A DNA stretch of 63,311 bases, filler included, from Octopus bimaculoides (GCF_001194135.2; 12 parts of 11 records of this genome joined end to end with filler, not necessarily neighbours in it), one strand, 5' to 3'. Shown: positions 12,327-26,598, counted from the first letter of the whole stretch. Notes: generated from the sequence alone by a model not told the origin. Program-made: numbers and translations.

Positions 12327-13632
12327 TCCATACATAACGTTGTTTTGGTTATTATATGCCAGTCTGGTTAAGGAATGAAACATTGCTACAAGTTTAAATT
12401 ACTATTATCTTCCTATAAAAATTGCAAACATTTGTAATATATCCGACTGCAGATGACATATATACCCATTAGTCCAAAATGTTAAATATATATGCGATAG
12501 TTTTGTTAAGCAGTATCGATTTTTTACAATTCTGTAAATAATAATAATAGTATTTTATAAACTTAAAGCTTATAGCGATCACAGCACAATAACTAAAGAA
12601 AATAGTCTAATAATAGGGCATATGATCCCTCGATAGAAAAATTTAGGCTTTTTTTCCCCGTACGCGTGGAACTGGAATCCACACTTTGTTTACGTGACCA
12701 TGTGTGCTACTGGTTATATACTTCACTAAGACAGGGAAATCACCGAGTGTTTTGTTGCCAGAGCTTGTGTTTTGGAGAACACTGAAATTCCCACAAGTTG
12801 CTTGGCTCTCGAGGTATGCTGAATGTCGGGCATTTTTTTCTTTCAGTACACCTTTCGCGTTCATCTGACTAGCCGTCTCCGGCCGTTTTTTTTTTTTGTT
12901 AATAAAATCACATTTATAAATTAGTCTTTTTGTGTGTATCGGCCTCGTAAGTGGGGGATGACTATGTCAGCCCCCTATTCATCCAGCCTGATTAGTGTGG
13001 CCTCTAGTTCTAGACATATGTGATATTTTAGGATATTCATCTTGTATAGTTCAGTGCCTTTAGCAGTTGGGCTGGGAATGTATCGTTGCTGTTATTATTG
13101 TTGATGTCATTGTTATTCACGCTGGAAATATTGTTGCCATTTATGTTTCCGAAATAACTGTAATAAGGAGGATATAGAAGGCAGTCGAAAAAGCCAGCTT
13201 CTATATATGGTTGAAACGAGAAGACCCAAAACGGTTTGAAAGCCATAGCATGCCGATGTTGAAAAGACTGGAATTGTAACCCACGTAGAAGAATTGCAAA
13301 AGATTTATCGTCATTTAGCTTCATGAACGAAAATGAATAAGAAGGAACTGAAACAGAAATATCAAAAGCAAATTACAAACTTTTATTCATCATTTATTTC
13401 AAATGATGTTTTCAGTTATTGGTTAATGTATCGTCAAATTTTGTCGATTTTCATTAATTAGATCATATATGTGATGTAAATTAAGCGAAATTGTAATTTA
13501 ACGTTTAAAATATTTTTTAATTTATATTAATTTATTTTGGAAAATACGTCTTAGGCGTGAAACTTTTCTTGTGTTTAACAACACTTCATCGCAAATATTG
13601 AAAGCCTTAGATGTATAGATGCTTTGATAAAG

Positions 13633-13681
<49 letters not shown>

Positions 13682-13887
13682 NNNNNNNNNNNNNNNNNNN
13701 NNNNNNNNNNNNNNNNNNNNNNNNNTTAATTAATTAANNNNNNNNNNNNNNNNNNNNNNNNNNNNNNNNNNNNNNNNNNNNTATACATATACGCACACAC
13801 ATGTATTCATGTATGTGTATATGCATGATCGTTTGTATATATCACTAAATACGTTATTTAATATATTATTTCCTGTTTATTTCCAGC

Positions 13888-14041
13888 AGATCGAGCGACC
13901 GTATTCAGGGAGTCGTTGCAGAGTGTTGACGGCGGTGGTGAAGATAATATTTGTACTAGTGATATCACTGATAACAATCGTTATAAAGCGAAGGAAAACT
14001 TGTCTGATGGCAAGGTGTTATCAAATGAGGCCAACTAGAAA
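13888..14041 (+). CDS. Possible host exon (unidentified)
   Basis: Pyrimidine tract TTTCCTGTTTATTTCCAG acceptor and AA|GTAAGA donor; one frame reads DRATVFRESLQSVDGGGEDNICTSDITDNNRYKAKENLSDGKVLSNEAN*; no homology recognised. Confidence 0.25.
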
Positions 14042-14237
14042 GTAAGATATTTCCTAATAAATTATATTTGTTTTAGGATTAGCGCTATAATCCTCTTGAT
14101 TAGGAGACAATGGTACAGGTTCTAGGGTTCTAGAAGACTCTTGGTTACTGATAAAACACGTTCTCTTTCACCTAACTACTTTTTGTACTATGTGTGTGTA
14201 TGTGTGTCTAAATATACAGATTTAGATGTCTTTGTGT

Positions 14238-14268
<31 letters not shown>

Positions 14269-14404
14269 AGTGTATGTGTGTGTGTATATATATATATGGA
14301 TATATATGTGTGTGTGTATACGAACATATATAAAGACATAGATTACGTACTATACGCGCATGCGCACAGAGTTTGTTTCTGTAGAAAAAGAGATTTGGAA
14401 AAGC

Positions 14405-14812
14405 CATAGTTTAGAGAAAGTGGTTGGTGGTTGGCACTCCGTCGGTTACGACGACGAGGGTTCCAGTTGATCCGATCAGCGGAACAGCCTTCTCGTGAAA
14501 TTAACGTGTAAGTGGTTGAGCACCCCACAGACACGTGTACCCTTAACGTAGTTCTCGGGGAGATTCAGCGTAACACAGTGTGACAAGACTGGCCCTTTGA
14601 ATTACAGGCACAACAGAAACAGGAAGAAAGAGTGAGAGAAAGTTGTGGTGAAAGAGTACAGCAGGGTTCGCCACCATCCCCTGCCGGAGCCTTGTGGAAC
14701 TTTAGGTGTTTTCGCTCAATAAACACTCACAACGCCCGGTCTGGGAATCGAAACCGCGATCCTCTATGACCGCGAGTCCGCTGCCCTAACCACTGGGCCA
14801 TTGGGCCTTCAC
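14405..14812 (-). mobile_element. tRNA-derived SINE family 3
   Basis: Minus head AAGGCCCAATGGCCCAGTGGTTAG…GGTTTCGATTCCC; central domain shared with 15055-15290. Confidence 0.8.
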
Positions 14813-14995
14813 TTAGAGAATGTACGCAATACGTAAATGTAAAGGTAATGAACGTGTGTGTGTGTGTNNNNNNNNNNNNNNNNNNNNNNNNNNNNNNNNN
14901 NNNNNNNNNNNNNNNNNNNNNNNNNNNNNNNNNNNNNNNNNNNNNNNNNNNNNNNNNNNNNNNNNNNNNNNNNNNNNNNNNNNNNNNNNNNNNNN

Positions 14996-15054
<59 letters not shown>

Positions 15055-15055
<1 letters not shown>

Positions 15056-15290
15056 GCTTCCACTCCATCGATGAACGTTCCAGCTGATCCGATCAAAGAA
15101 ACGGCCTGCTCGTGAAATTAACGTGCAAGTGACTGACCAAGGGTTACACAGGATGTGACATGGCTTGACCTTTGAATTACAGATACAACTAACTTTTACC
15201 ATCTGAGAGTACTGCAGTAATGCGCCGTCGGGAATTGAACACACGACTTTACGATCGAAAGTCGAATGCTCTAACCACTTTGCCACGTGG
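15055..15290 (-). mobile_element. tRNA-derived SINE sharing central domain with 14405-14812
   Basis: Shared GTTCCAGYTGATCCGATCA…CTCGTGAAATTAACGTG block; head GTGGCAAAGTGGTTAGAGC…GTTCAATTCCC on minus. Confidence 0.75.
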
Positions 15291-15299
15291 TTTCATGAT

Positions 15300-15311
15300 A
15301 TATGTGCATGC

Positions 15312-15343
<32 letters not shown>

Positions 15344-15845
15344 GCGTGTGTATATGTGTGCAGTGTGTGTATGAGTATGTGTGTGTATTTGAGTGCATGT
15401 GTGTATGTGTGTATGTATGTGTATATATGAGTGCATGTGTGTGTTTCTGTGTATGTGTGTGCATGCGTGGATGTGTGTATATGTGTGTGTATGTGTGTAT
15501 GTGTGTGTATGTGTGGATGCGTGTATGTGTGGGTGTTTGTGTGTGTATTTGTGTGCGTGTTTTTGTATGTTTGTATGTGGGTGCATGCGTGTGTATGTGT
15601 GTGTGTAAATGTGTGTGTATGAGTGTACGTGTGTATGTATGTGTGTATGTGCTTGTATGTGTGTGTGTATGTATGTATGTATGTGTGTGTGTATGTGCTT
15701 GTATGTGTGTGAGTATATGTGTGTACGTGTGTACGTGTGTGCATGTGTGTGTGAGTGTGAGTATGTGGGTACGTGTGTATGTGTGTGTTTGTCTGTGTAT
15801 GTACGTGTGTGCGTGCGTGTGTGTGTCTGTGTGTGTGTGCATGTA
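15300..15845. repeat. Long degenerate (TG)/(TA) microsatellite tract
   Basis: Direct reading; source of the V/C/M and H/T pseudo-ORFs. Confidence 0.95.
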
Positions 15846-16544
15846 TATATAACTACCCTGGCAGACGCCGTTTTTTTTTATACAGGATATGTCAAAGAGA
15901 ATAAATATTTTCTCTGGTCTGTTGCTGCATGGGCGTGCATGCATGTGTGCGCGCGTGCGTGTGCATGTGTTCATGCATGCATGTGTGCGCGCGTGCGTGT
16001 GCATGTGTTTATGCATGCATGTGTATGTGTATATGCTTGTATGTATAATCATATAAGAGTGTGTGTGTAGGTTTGGTAGAACAAACAGAATAAACAGAAC
16101 TCAATAATAAGTATCAATCTACCTACCTACTTACCTATGTATGTACGTATGTATGTATGTGTGTGTGTATGTATGTATTTCCCTATCTATCTATCTATCT
16201 ATCTATCTCTCTCTACCTATCTACCTATCTCTCTCTCTCTCTCTCTCTCTACCTATCTCTCTGTCTCTGTCTCTCTTTCTTACAATTCTACCAGCTCACC
16301 TCCTTAATAATGATGGTAAAAATTCATTTTAATTTCTGTCACAAGGCCAGGAATGCCGAGATGAGGACAGACCGATTACCTTGAGCCTATTGTTCATCTG
16401 GTACACATTTCATCGGCTCTGAAACGAGAAAAAGTGCCGACCTTAGTGGAATTTGAACTTATAACATAAAACCGGAAGAAATATCGCCAAGCATTTTGAC
16501 GGGGTCTTAGCGATTCTGGAAGCTTGTAACTTTTATGATAATAA

Positions 16545-16765
16545 TAATCCTTTCTACTATATGCTCAAGGCCTGGATTTTGTGGAAAGTGGGGACAGTCG
16601 ATCACATTAACCCCAAAACTCGACTGGTACTTGATTTATCGATCCCGAAAGGATGAAAGGCAAAGTCGACCTCGGCGGAATTTGAACACAGATCGTAGTG
16701 ACAGACAAAATAGCGCTAAGCATTTCGCCCGGCGTGCTAACGTTTCTGCCAGCTCACCGCACTGT
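16545..16765 (-). mobile_element. SINE family 2 (tRNA head plus CORE-like central domain)
   Basis: Minus: B-box-like GTTCAAATTCC followed by GTCGACTTTGCCTTTCATCCTTTCGGGATCGATAAA…AGTACCAG; a more decayed copy lies at 16330-16520. Confidence 0.85.
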
Positions 16766-17265
16766 TAATGATAATAATAATCCTTTCTACTATATGCTCA
16801 AGGCCTGGATTTTGTGGAAAGTGGGGACAGTCGATCACATTAACCCCAAAACTCGACTGGTACTTGANNNNNNNNNNNNNNNNNNNNNNNNNNNNNNNNN
16901 NNNNNNNNNNNNNNNNNNNNNNNNNNNNNNNNNNNNNNNNNNNNNNNNNNNNNNNNNNNNNNNNNNNNNNNNNNNNNNNNNNNNNNNNNNNNNNNNNNNN
17001 NNNNNNNNNNNNNNNNNNNNNNNNNNNNNNNNNNNNNNNNNNNNNNNNNNNNNNNNNNNNNNNNNNNNNNNNNNNNNNNNNNNNNNNNNNNNNNNNNNNN
17101 NNNNNNNNNNNNNNNNNNNNNNNNNNNNNNNNNNNNNNNNNNNNNNNNNNNNNNNNNNNNNNNNNNNNNNNNNNNNNNNNNNNNNNNNNNNNNNNNNNNN
17201 NNNNNNNNNNNNNNNNNNNNNNNNNNNNNAGAGAGAGAGAGAGAGAGAGAGAGAAAGTGAGAGAG

Positions 17266-18493
17266 AGGGGGTGTCCCCAAAATTGTATACATACTTTTAA
17301 TAATTGTAAAGTATGTGTCTGTTAAAATACATTTCATTTTCAAAATTTAATAGAATCTACAGACAACATTTTATTGTTTTGTCAGCGCCTGTTTTCAAAC
17401 TGACGTCCGTTCTGGTCTAAGCACTGCTGAAAACGCGAAGCAACGGGAATCGCAAGCAGCACGAGACAATTCCTTTGGTATTTGTTTTCATTCTCGTTCA
17501 ATGGCTGCTCTCAAATCAGCGACTGTTGCTGGTTTCATAGCATAGACTTTGTTCTTTTTTTAGGTATCCCTATAAAAAAACGTCTAGTGGTGTGAGGTCT
17601 GGTGAACGTGGAAGGTATTCAACGAAACCCCTTCGACCACTCTACCTGTTTGGCAAGATCTCACCAAGGAAGGATCTAACATCGTGATGGTAGTGTAGGG
17701 ATACTCCATCCTGCTGAAAATAAAACAAAACACCTCATCTTCGAAGACAGTCACAGCAAATTCAAGTAAACGGGACCAGTCACAGTAGTGTCAAAAAATA
17801 ATGGTCCAATTAATCCTCTTGATGATAAACCACACCACACTGCAACTCCTGGTAAATTAACATAGTGTTCCACCATAACATGCGGATTCTCAGTTTCCCA
17901 GTAGGTGCAACTGTGGCGGTTAACTGAACCATTTAATTTGAATGTGGCCTCATCATTATTTCTACATATTGTGCCAAGTACCACACGCCATACTGCACTA
18001 TTCTGTCTGGATCATCGTCATTAATGGCATGGACTAATCTTGGAACGTAACTTTTCCATTGACAACGCTTCAAAATGCGTTGGACAGACGATTTTGAAAT
18101 ACCTACTTCACGACTCGCTTTGCCACACAGATTTCCTTGGACTTTGGTGATACGTTTCTAGCACTCCTTCTTGCTTTCTGGAGGTTGTCGATATTCGGGG
18201 TCTTCCAGAACGCTTCTCGTGGACATTCTCAACAGTTCCATCGGCTTCAAACTTATCTCTAATTCGAGTGATGGTAAGTCGCGTTGGTGGATCTGTTTGA
18301 AAACCCTCCTAAACTGTCTGTGCACTTCAACTGTGTTTTCACTCTTCCAAAAGCATTTTAGAATGAATTTCTTTTGTTCAAAGCTTAGTCTGACTGCCAC
18401 CATTAATTCCAATGAGTTTAATCTGGAAAGAAAAATAACATTATTTGAGTTAGCAGCTGCTAAAATATGTATACATCTATTGGGGACACTCTG
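17266..18493 (-). mobile_element. Tc1/mariner-superfamily transposon relic with DD41D-type spacing and TIRs
   Basis: Imperfect TIRs (GGGGGTGTCCCCAAAATTGTATACAT / ATGTATACATCTATTGGGGACACTCTG) with TA at the right end; transposase fragments LSFEQKKFILKCFWK…, [14 protein letters not shown]…[21 protein letters not shown]…PRSPDLTPLD. Confidence 0.92.
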
Positions 18494-19444
18494 TATATAT
18501 TATATTTTATATACATATATATATATATATATATANNNNNNNNNNNNNNNNNNNNNNNNNNNNNNNNNNNNNNNNNNNNTTAATTAATTAANNNNNNNNN
18601 NNNNNNNNNNNNNNNNNNNNNNNNNNNNNNNNNNNACTACGATCTTTTCATGCGACTCCATTTAATTAAGCAATGTGAACATTACATCAAATATAAAATG
18701 TAGAGCAATCTTCAGCTGCACAAAGATATAGAAATTTAATGAAATTACATTTAAACAGGACATATTTTTATAATTAAATCTAAACTCTCCAAGTAGAAAG
18801 GAAGAATACAAAAAACTATTTTGACTTAGCCAGACCATACAGGCTAGTAAATAATTCTAAGCAGATTTTTAACTTTCACTGATTTGATTTGTTTTGGGTT
18901 TTTTTTTTCTGATTTATGGACTATCTTATCAGACCTAGTGATTCAAAGCTTAAGAGGACACTGGTATTTTCTTTTTGGGTAAGGGGTAAACAGTATAGAC
19001 AGTAAGCATGGATGATATAGTTATAAAATTTCTCAGAGTTTGGTGACAAATTACTATAGGGGGGAAGTTTCTCTACTAGCAGATCAGTTTATAATGGAAC
19101 AGGGGAAGTCTTATCATAAAGCACCTCGGTCAAACGTATATAAAAATAAAGTTGCTATATTGTATACAGATACAGTAAATGGTAATTCATAGGTTTCATT
19201 AATTAGAATAATATATCAGTATTGTTTTACATATGCTAAGTTTGAAATACTTGAGATACCAAAATTTGCTTAATATGTGAATAAATAAAGGCTAATTATA
19301 AGTTAATAATGAAATAAAATGAAGTAGTGTATAATAATGTAAATAATCAATTAAAGCAATACACAGAAACAATTAAATGGTATTAATTTAAAATGCTATG
19401 GTAAAGTACATTTAGACTTATTTACACCAATATATTTACACCAA

Positions 19445-19484
<40 letters not shown>

Positions 19485-20094
19485 TCCCAGGAAAATTCGT
19501 AAATTTGTGTGTACATGCGTGTCTGTGTATGTAGATCCGAGTCTATATTTCTGGTAACGTTCCACATGTTACAATGTTATAGCAGCTGCAAGAAAACTAT
19601 TGTTATTTGTTATCAGCCGTTGCCTGTTCGTGATTAATCAACGCATAAATACCACACAGTCTATAGATTATCAGGATATCAATCTTTGAAGGAATGTGTA
19701 ATTGGATGTCTAAATGAAACGTCACGTGTTTGTGTTTGCATGTGAACGTGTTTGTGTAAGCGATAAACCAATTTACATATGTGTATATAAGTGTTTTTGT
19801 GTATTTAGTCGTATTCTAAGTAACTGAGTGATACAGCTATCAGCTGAAGTCATCATTTAGAGACCTGTCAGTTCTATGGTGCTAATTCAGGCAAAAAAAC
19901 TACACACCCGTGCAAGTATTTGAATTCTTGGATATCGCTGTGACGAACACTGGGCAGTTATGTCACTGTTTGCGTCAGCGAGTTGTTTTCATCATGATAA
20001 TTTTATGTGTATGTATGTATACATATATATATACACACACATATATATATACACGCGCGCGCGCACGCATATATACATACAGACGTGTACACGT

Positions 20095-20127
<33 letters not shown>

Positions 20128-20196
20128 GGCACATGGACATTCACATACATACACATATACATATGAGAGAGGTTGGACAGATAGATACACAAAGAC

Positions 20197-20261
<65 letters not shown>

Positions 20262-20262
20262 G

Positions 20263-20417
20263 GGATCTATGGTGGTTGTCCATAGGTCCCGGCCCGAAAG
20301 TTGTCCTGAAAAGGCGGGTCAGGTGTTCCTCGTCGACGCCCAGATTCTGCCCGAGATCGTCGTCGCACCTCCCCTCCACTAATCCTCTATAGAACGCTTA
20401 TGTGGAATTAAAGTTAC
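20263..20417 (-). mobile_element. Tx1/L1-clade LINE ORF2 C-terminal fragment
   Basis: AFYRGLVEGRCDDDLGQNLGVDEEHLTRLFRTTFGPGPMDN; homologous at DNA and protein level to 52430-53030. Confidence 0.65.
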
Positions 20418-20658
20418 NNNNNNNNNNNNNNNNNNNNNNNNNNNNNNNNNNNNNNNNNNNNNNNNNNNNNNNNNNNNNNNNNNNNNNNNNNNNNNNNNNN
20501 NNNNNNNNNNNNNNNNNNNNNNNNNNNNNNNNNNNNNNNNNNNNNNNNNNNNNNNNNNNNNNNNNNNNNNNNNNNNNNNNNNNNNNNNNNNNNNNNNNNN
20601 NNNNNNNNNNNNNNNNNNNNNNNNNNNNNNNNNNNNNNNNNNNNNNNNNNNNNNNNNN

Positions 20659-20714
<56 letters not shown>

Positions 20715-21074
20715 TGTGTGCGTGCGTGTGTCTGTCTGTCTATCTATCTATATATCCATCCATCCATTCATCCATCCATTATAGGCAAGTATACGATACG
20801 CGCTCACGTTTTTGTGTGTGTTCATGTGTACACGCTAGTTTGCCTGTATGCGTGTGTGCTTAACACAATGTGTTTATTTGTATTTATGAATATGTATTTA
20901 GCTGCAAACAAACACATACATGAATACATACATACATACATACATACATACATGCGTACGTACGTACGTACATACATGCATACAAAAATACGTACGTACT
21001 TACATGATACATACATACGTACGTACATACATACAGACATACTTACAAACACACATACGTACTTACATACAGTC

Positions 21075-22196
21075 TCCTTAAAACAAGACAATATCCCACA
21101 ATGCATTTGCAATACCAGCGCTGATTCCAACATTTGGGGTATTTGACTGGTCTGTTGAAGAGATCCACTCCATAGACGTTAAATCAGGCAAGATTGCGAA
21201 ATCTACTGGAAATCTCCACAGAAAGTGATAACGTCAGGTTCTGCCTAAGAAAAGATGAATGAGGTAGAGGTTTCAGATCAGTGCAGACAGACTTCGAATA
21301 TTGTATAGTCGCTTTCAGACAGCACCTGCTAAACAACAGCAGCAAAAGTAAATACATTAACTTAGTGCTGAAAAGTGAAGTGAACAATAACCAACGTGTC
21401 TCTTCCTGATGAACTCCCACTCAATCCCCAAATAGCCTAACATACCTCAAAGAAGACCTAGTTGTGGAACACTCAGTATACCAAAACAAGATTATGCATA
21501 GGTATGCTTCCTGAAAACTTGAAGAATGTAACATTGACATGAAACGAGGCCTCTTTTGGTCTTGTGAGCGCTACATCACATCACTCTTCGAAGGCCATAC
21601 ATTTGCAATCCAAGAACAGGAGATTCCTTCAAAATACATATTAAACAAGAGCGACGGTGAAGCTTTTGGCGTTCCAAGGTGCAACCGAAAATGTAGATTG
21701 TCATATTCCTATGGAAAATATCACATAAACGGATAGCACTACCTTATGAAACATGACGTTGTCATAGAAACAATCTACAATGTCATCCGGGAAAAAAGAT
21801 TGTCCTAGAATAAATATACAGTATCCCCGTTGTTGAATACATACGGAAATATCAGCTCAAGGAATCAAAAAAAATCATTAAAACATCTGTGAAGTGTAAA
21901 TATAACACGCCGGATATTGTTGTTTGGAACAAACGAGAACAAAATGTGACGAGAAAGAAGATAACTATGGGTAACTGCATGGAAACCTCTAGCTTCTATA
22001 ACCGGATTATATATTCACATTTATACCCAATAATAATTGGTGTACTTGGTACTGTGAGTAAATACTTAAGAATTGATATCTGGATAAACTAGAGTTTTCA
22101 GAAAAAGAAATCAAGCAACTAACTCGCACATTACGAATACAAACTATAAGAGGAACAGTAAAGCTATGCAAGGCGTTTTTCAAGTTTAAAATGTGA
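21075..22196 (+). mobile_element. R4/Dong-like non-LTR retrotransposon 3' relic (RT thumb, CCHC region, restriction-like endonuclease)
   Basis: Fragments AFAIPALIPTFGVFDWSVEEIHSIDVK, FEGHTFAIQEQEIPSKY…CRL, PDIVVWNK…PIIIGVLG…TIRGTVKLCKAFFKFKM*. Confidence 0.8.
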
Positions 22197-25183
22197 CATT
22201 GTTTTTGTCATCGACATTCCAACGATAGAGATTTGTATCTTTATTAGAAACCAGCTCCTTCCTTAGAGGAGAATTTAAATAATTAAAAACAGACCAAAAC
22301 ATTCATGCATACATACATACATACATACATACATACACACACACACAAACACATTATCATGCAAACACTGATACCATTCATACCTAATTTCAAAATGTCT
22401 TTGACCTTAGAAATAAAAGTTACCTCCCTTTCTTGTTTTATATCTGAATCTTTTAAGGAGGCTTCGTCAGCTCATGCAACCCTTTACATAACATTATATT
22501 TACAGCATATTGACATGAAGCAGTGCTGCCGTCGGATAAGAACTTACTTTTAAATGTATATTGGCTTCATCTAGATACTCAAAATTTTTTCTTAATAGTC
22601 AATCATGAAAAGATAAACAAATTAATTATGCTGATGAATGGACAAAAGGGAACATAACACTCTAAGACGCTACTTAAGTGAATTCTAATATAATGCAATC
22701 TGGCAGCTGACGAGAGGGAAAATGGTTGCAAAATAGATTCTGCGCAATCATTCTTCAGACAAAGAAAACGATCACATTAAATGGCGATGTAATATATAGC
22801 TGTATACATGTATGTATGTATATATACATACATAGATGTATACATACATACATACATACGTGCATGCATGCATACATACATACATGTATGTATGCATGTA
22901 TGCATGTATGTATGTATGTATGTATGCATGTCCTGTACCCAGATATGCACCTATACATACAGGTGGATGTCGNNNNNNNNNNGTCCTGTACCCAGATATG
23001 CACCTATACATACAGGTGGATGTCGGTATGCACATACCTGTACGTATATATGCATATACTCATTTACTATTTGTTTTCACATGACTGAACGCAGCGTCTC
23101 GAATTTGTAAGTAGTTTTCGTAACTTCATATTTTCCGACGCTACTCTATCTCTTTCTCTTTCTCTTCCTCTATCATTTTCCCCCTCTTGTTCTTCCTCTT
23201 TACTACTACGTATCTCGCTTTACTTCTCTCGTTCTTCCTCTGTTACTACTACGTATCTCTTTTTCCCCCTCGTACTTCCTCTCTTTCTTTTTTCCTCTCG
23301 TTGCTCACCTATTCTTCTACTTCCTCCCTTTGTTTCTCCCTCTACCACTCTCTCTCTCTCTTCCCCTTACACCGCCATGGTCACATGCTTCCGGTCAATA
23401 ATCCTTTTCTTCCTTGGCTATCGCCGAGTAAACACGCGAACTACTTCGTCCCTACTTTCAAGTTCGTGCCTCACAGCGTTCATACACACATAATTTTTCT
23501 CGTCTGGCCGTAAAGCCTTTTCTGTGTGTTTTCCTGTCTTGTTTTTTGTCCGCCACTACATTCCTCCATGGCNNNNNNNNNNNNNNNNNNNNNNNNNNNN
23601 NNNNNNNNNNNNNNNNNNNNNNNNNNNNNNNNNNNNNNNNNNNNNNNNNNNNNNNNNNNNNNNNNNNNNNNNNNNNNNNNNNNNNNNNNNNNNNNNNNNN
23701 NNNNNNNNNNNNNNNNNNNNNNNNNNNNNNNNNNNNNNNNNNNNNNNNNNNNNNNNNNNNNNNNNNNNNNNNNNNNNNNNNNNNNNNNNNNNNNNNNNNN
23801 NNNNNNNNNNNNNNNNNNNNNNNNNNNNNNNNNNNNNNNNNNNNNNNNNNNNNNNNNNNNNNNNNNNNNNNNNNNNNNNNNNNNNNNNNNNNNNNNNNNN
23901 NNNNNNNNNNNNNNNNNNNNNNNNNNNNNNNNNNNNNNNNNNNNNNNNNNNNNNNNNNNNNNNNNNNNNNNNNNNNNNNNNNNNNNNNNNNNNNNNNNNN
24001 NNNNNNNNNNNNNNNNNNNNNNNNNNNNNNNNNNNNNNNNNNNNNNNNNNNNNNNNNNNNNNNNNNNNNNNNNNNNNNNNNNNNNNNNNNNNNNNNNNNN
24101 NNNNNNNNNNNNNNNNNNNNNNNNNNNNNNNNNNNNNNNNNNNNNNNNNNNNNNNNNNNNNNNNNNNNNNNNNNNNNNATATATATATATATATATATAT
24201 ATACATAATATATTCATACACACATGGATATACAATATACACATATAAATATACATACATTCACATCCATATTTATTTATATATGCGTGTTTGTGTGTGA
24301 GTGTGTGTGTGTGTCTGTGTGTGTGTGAGTGTCTGTGTGTTTGTATATATATATATATATATTTATATAGTACATTTTATTTAATTTGCTTTAAGCAGAT
24401 ATATAACGTTGTTTGTATGAATACATATATTTATTTAAATGTAATGCGTGTGTGTGTGTGTGCACGCACAAGCGGACACACATGCAAGCACACATACATG
24501 CATTAATATCTGTTACATGTGTGTTTGTGTACTTATATTTGTACTAAATTATTGCAAGTAGAATGTACGTGAGTTTGTCTGTTGCCTGTACATTTATGTA
24601 TGTATGTATGTATGTATGTATGTATGTCTGAATATATATGTGTGTGTGTATGTGTGTGTGTGTGTATGTAAGTATATGTATATGTACATATATAAGAACA
24701 GGCAGTGTTGAAGGAGGGAGAGAGAGAGACATAGACAGGGGAGAATAGAGAAGGGAAATATTTAAATTCATTGATTTGTAAAATTCTGAAATTTTTTCAC
24801 CTATTAATTTAACAAAAACAAGAATCTTCAAAAATTCTTCCATTAAACTTCAGATAAATCATGGCTTATATAGCTAGTCCTTTGATTCCAAAAGAGAAAA
24901 TTCTTCAAAGGAAATATATTCCATTAACAAATAAAGCATCTTTCGTTTCTCATTTGGAACCTGTCCTTTGAAAATCATAAAGAAACTCACACGCACCCCA
25001 CACTCTCGAGTCTTCAATAGAAAATTATCTAGATGATGTTAGCTCTATCGTGAATGTTTCAATAAATAATATCTTTCAAATATTTATTAAAACCAAATAT
25101 TTGCTTGCGTTTCTCTGCATTGTTATTTGTGTTGTCTCTTTTTCATGCTGTTTTCCCCACACACACACAAACACACACTCTAC

Positions 25184-25276
<93 letters not shown>

Positions 25277-26199
25277 AATACTAATTCAGCCTTATTTACA
25301 CACATGGCATTATGGAAAAATTTAAACATTTATTTATCACATATCTCCACGCAAGCACTCAAATCTTCGTTGAAGATTCATAAATACTCGAAGCAACACT
25401 ATGAAACATTTTGAAACAAGCCATTAATATGTAACTAGCTAGACCTATGAATACCCATCATTAACTGTCTAAAGAGCGCATAAAAAGGGAAGTAACAATA
25501 TGGAAGCGCATATTGAAACGTAAACGTTATTTATATTTTTTACATTGTTTACTCATTCATTCATATCTGTCACACAGTAGAACGTCTAATAAATAGCTCG
25601 ATGTAATTTAGCATCAAATAGATAGATAGATAGATCGATCGATAGATAGATAGATAATCACTATAGTGAGACATGAAAAATGGTAAATTTATTCAGTTTA
25701 ATTTATTTAAACACAATTTATTGTAATTTACACTCACATTATGTATAGCGTTATACTCTTTTTTCTTCGTTTTTCTATCTATGTTATTTTTCGTATCTCT
25801 CCCTACCCTCCCGCTGTCTATCTATTTCTCTATCCATTTATTTATCACTGTCAATCTATGTTATTCCTCTAACTTTTTGGAAGAACCAATGAACAATTGT
25901 ACTAGAAACGACTGAGTAAATATTTTTATCAACATCTCATCGTTTTATTCTGCTGTGGCTCTGTTTATATTTGTAAACAGAGACAAACGCATACGTTGCA
26001 TAAAAGATACTAGCAAATCACTGCCCTCTGGGTTACTTTCTTACAGACGCATGATAAACATAAACATTATATCTACGTGTGTGAGTGCGTGTGTATATAT
26101 ATATATATATGTGTGTGTATATATGTATATATATATATATGTATGTACATACATACATACATACATACAAACATAAATACATACGTACATACATAAATG

Positions 26200-26420
26200 T
26201 GAAGGCGCATATCGTAGTGGTTAGGATTGTTGCGCTCACGGCCATAACATTAAGGTTTCGATTCCCGGACCGGGCAATGCGTTGTGCTCTTGAGTAAAAC
26301 ACTAGCCTTCCCATCAGAGGAAACGTTGATCTACTCGCCTGGCCAGCTGGGTGACATTATTCGAAAACTAAAACGAAGTAAAGTGCATTGTGACTAGCGA
26401 GATATAACAACATCCGATAG
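26200..26420 (+). mobile_element. tRNA-derived SINE (family 3-like head)
   Basis: GAAGGCGCATATCGTAGTGGTTAGG…GGTTTCGATTCCCGGACCGGGC; same head at 29905 and, inverted, at 14812. Confidence 0.7.
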
Positions 26421-26550
26421 TCTGATTTATATATATATATATATATNNNNNNNNNNNNNNNNNNNNNNNNNNNNNNNNNNNNNNNNNNNNTTAATTAATT
26501 AANNNNNNNNNNNNNNNNNNNNNNNNNNNNNNNNNNNNNNNNNNNNAAAA

Positions 26551-26598
<48 letters not shown>

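Noticed and set aside
15220-16070. Long ORFs of V/C/M/Y or H/T/I (also around 11.6-11.9, 20.0-21.1, 26.8-27.2 and 44.4-44.9 kb) and poly-X ORFs
   Set aside because: Translations of dinucleotide microsatellites and N gaps; no coding signal
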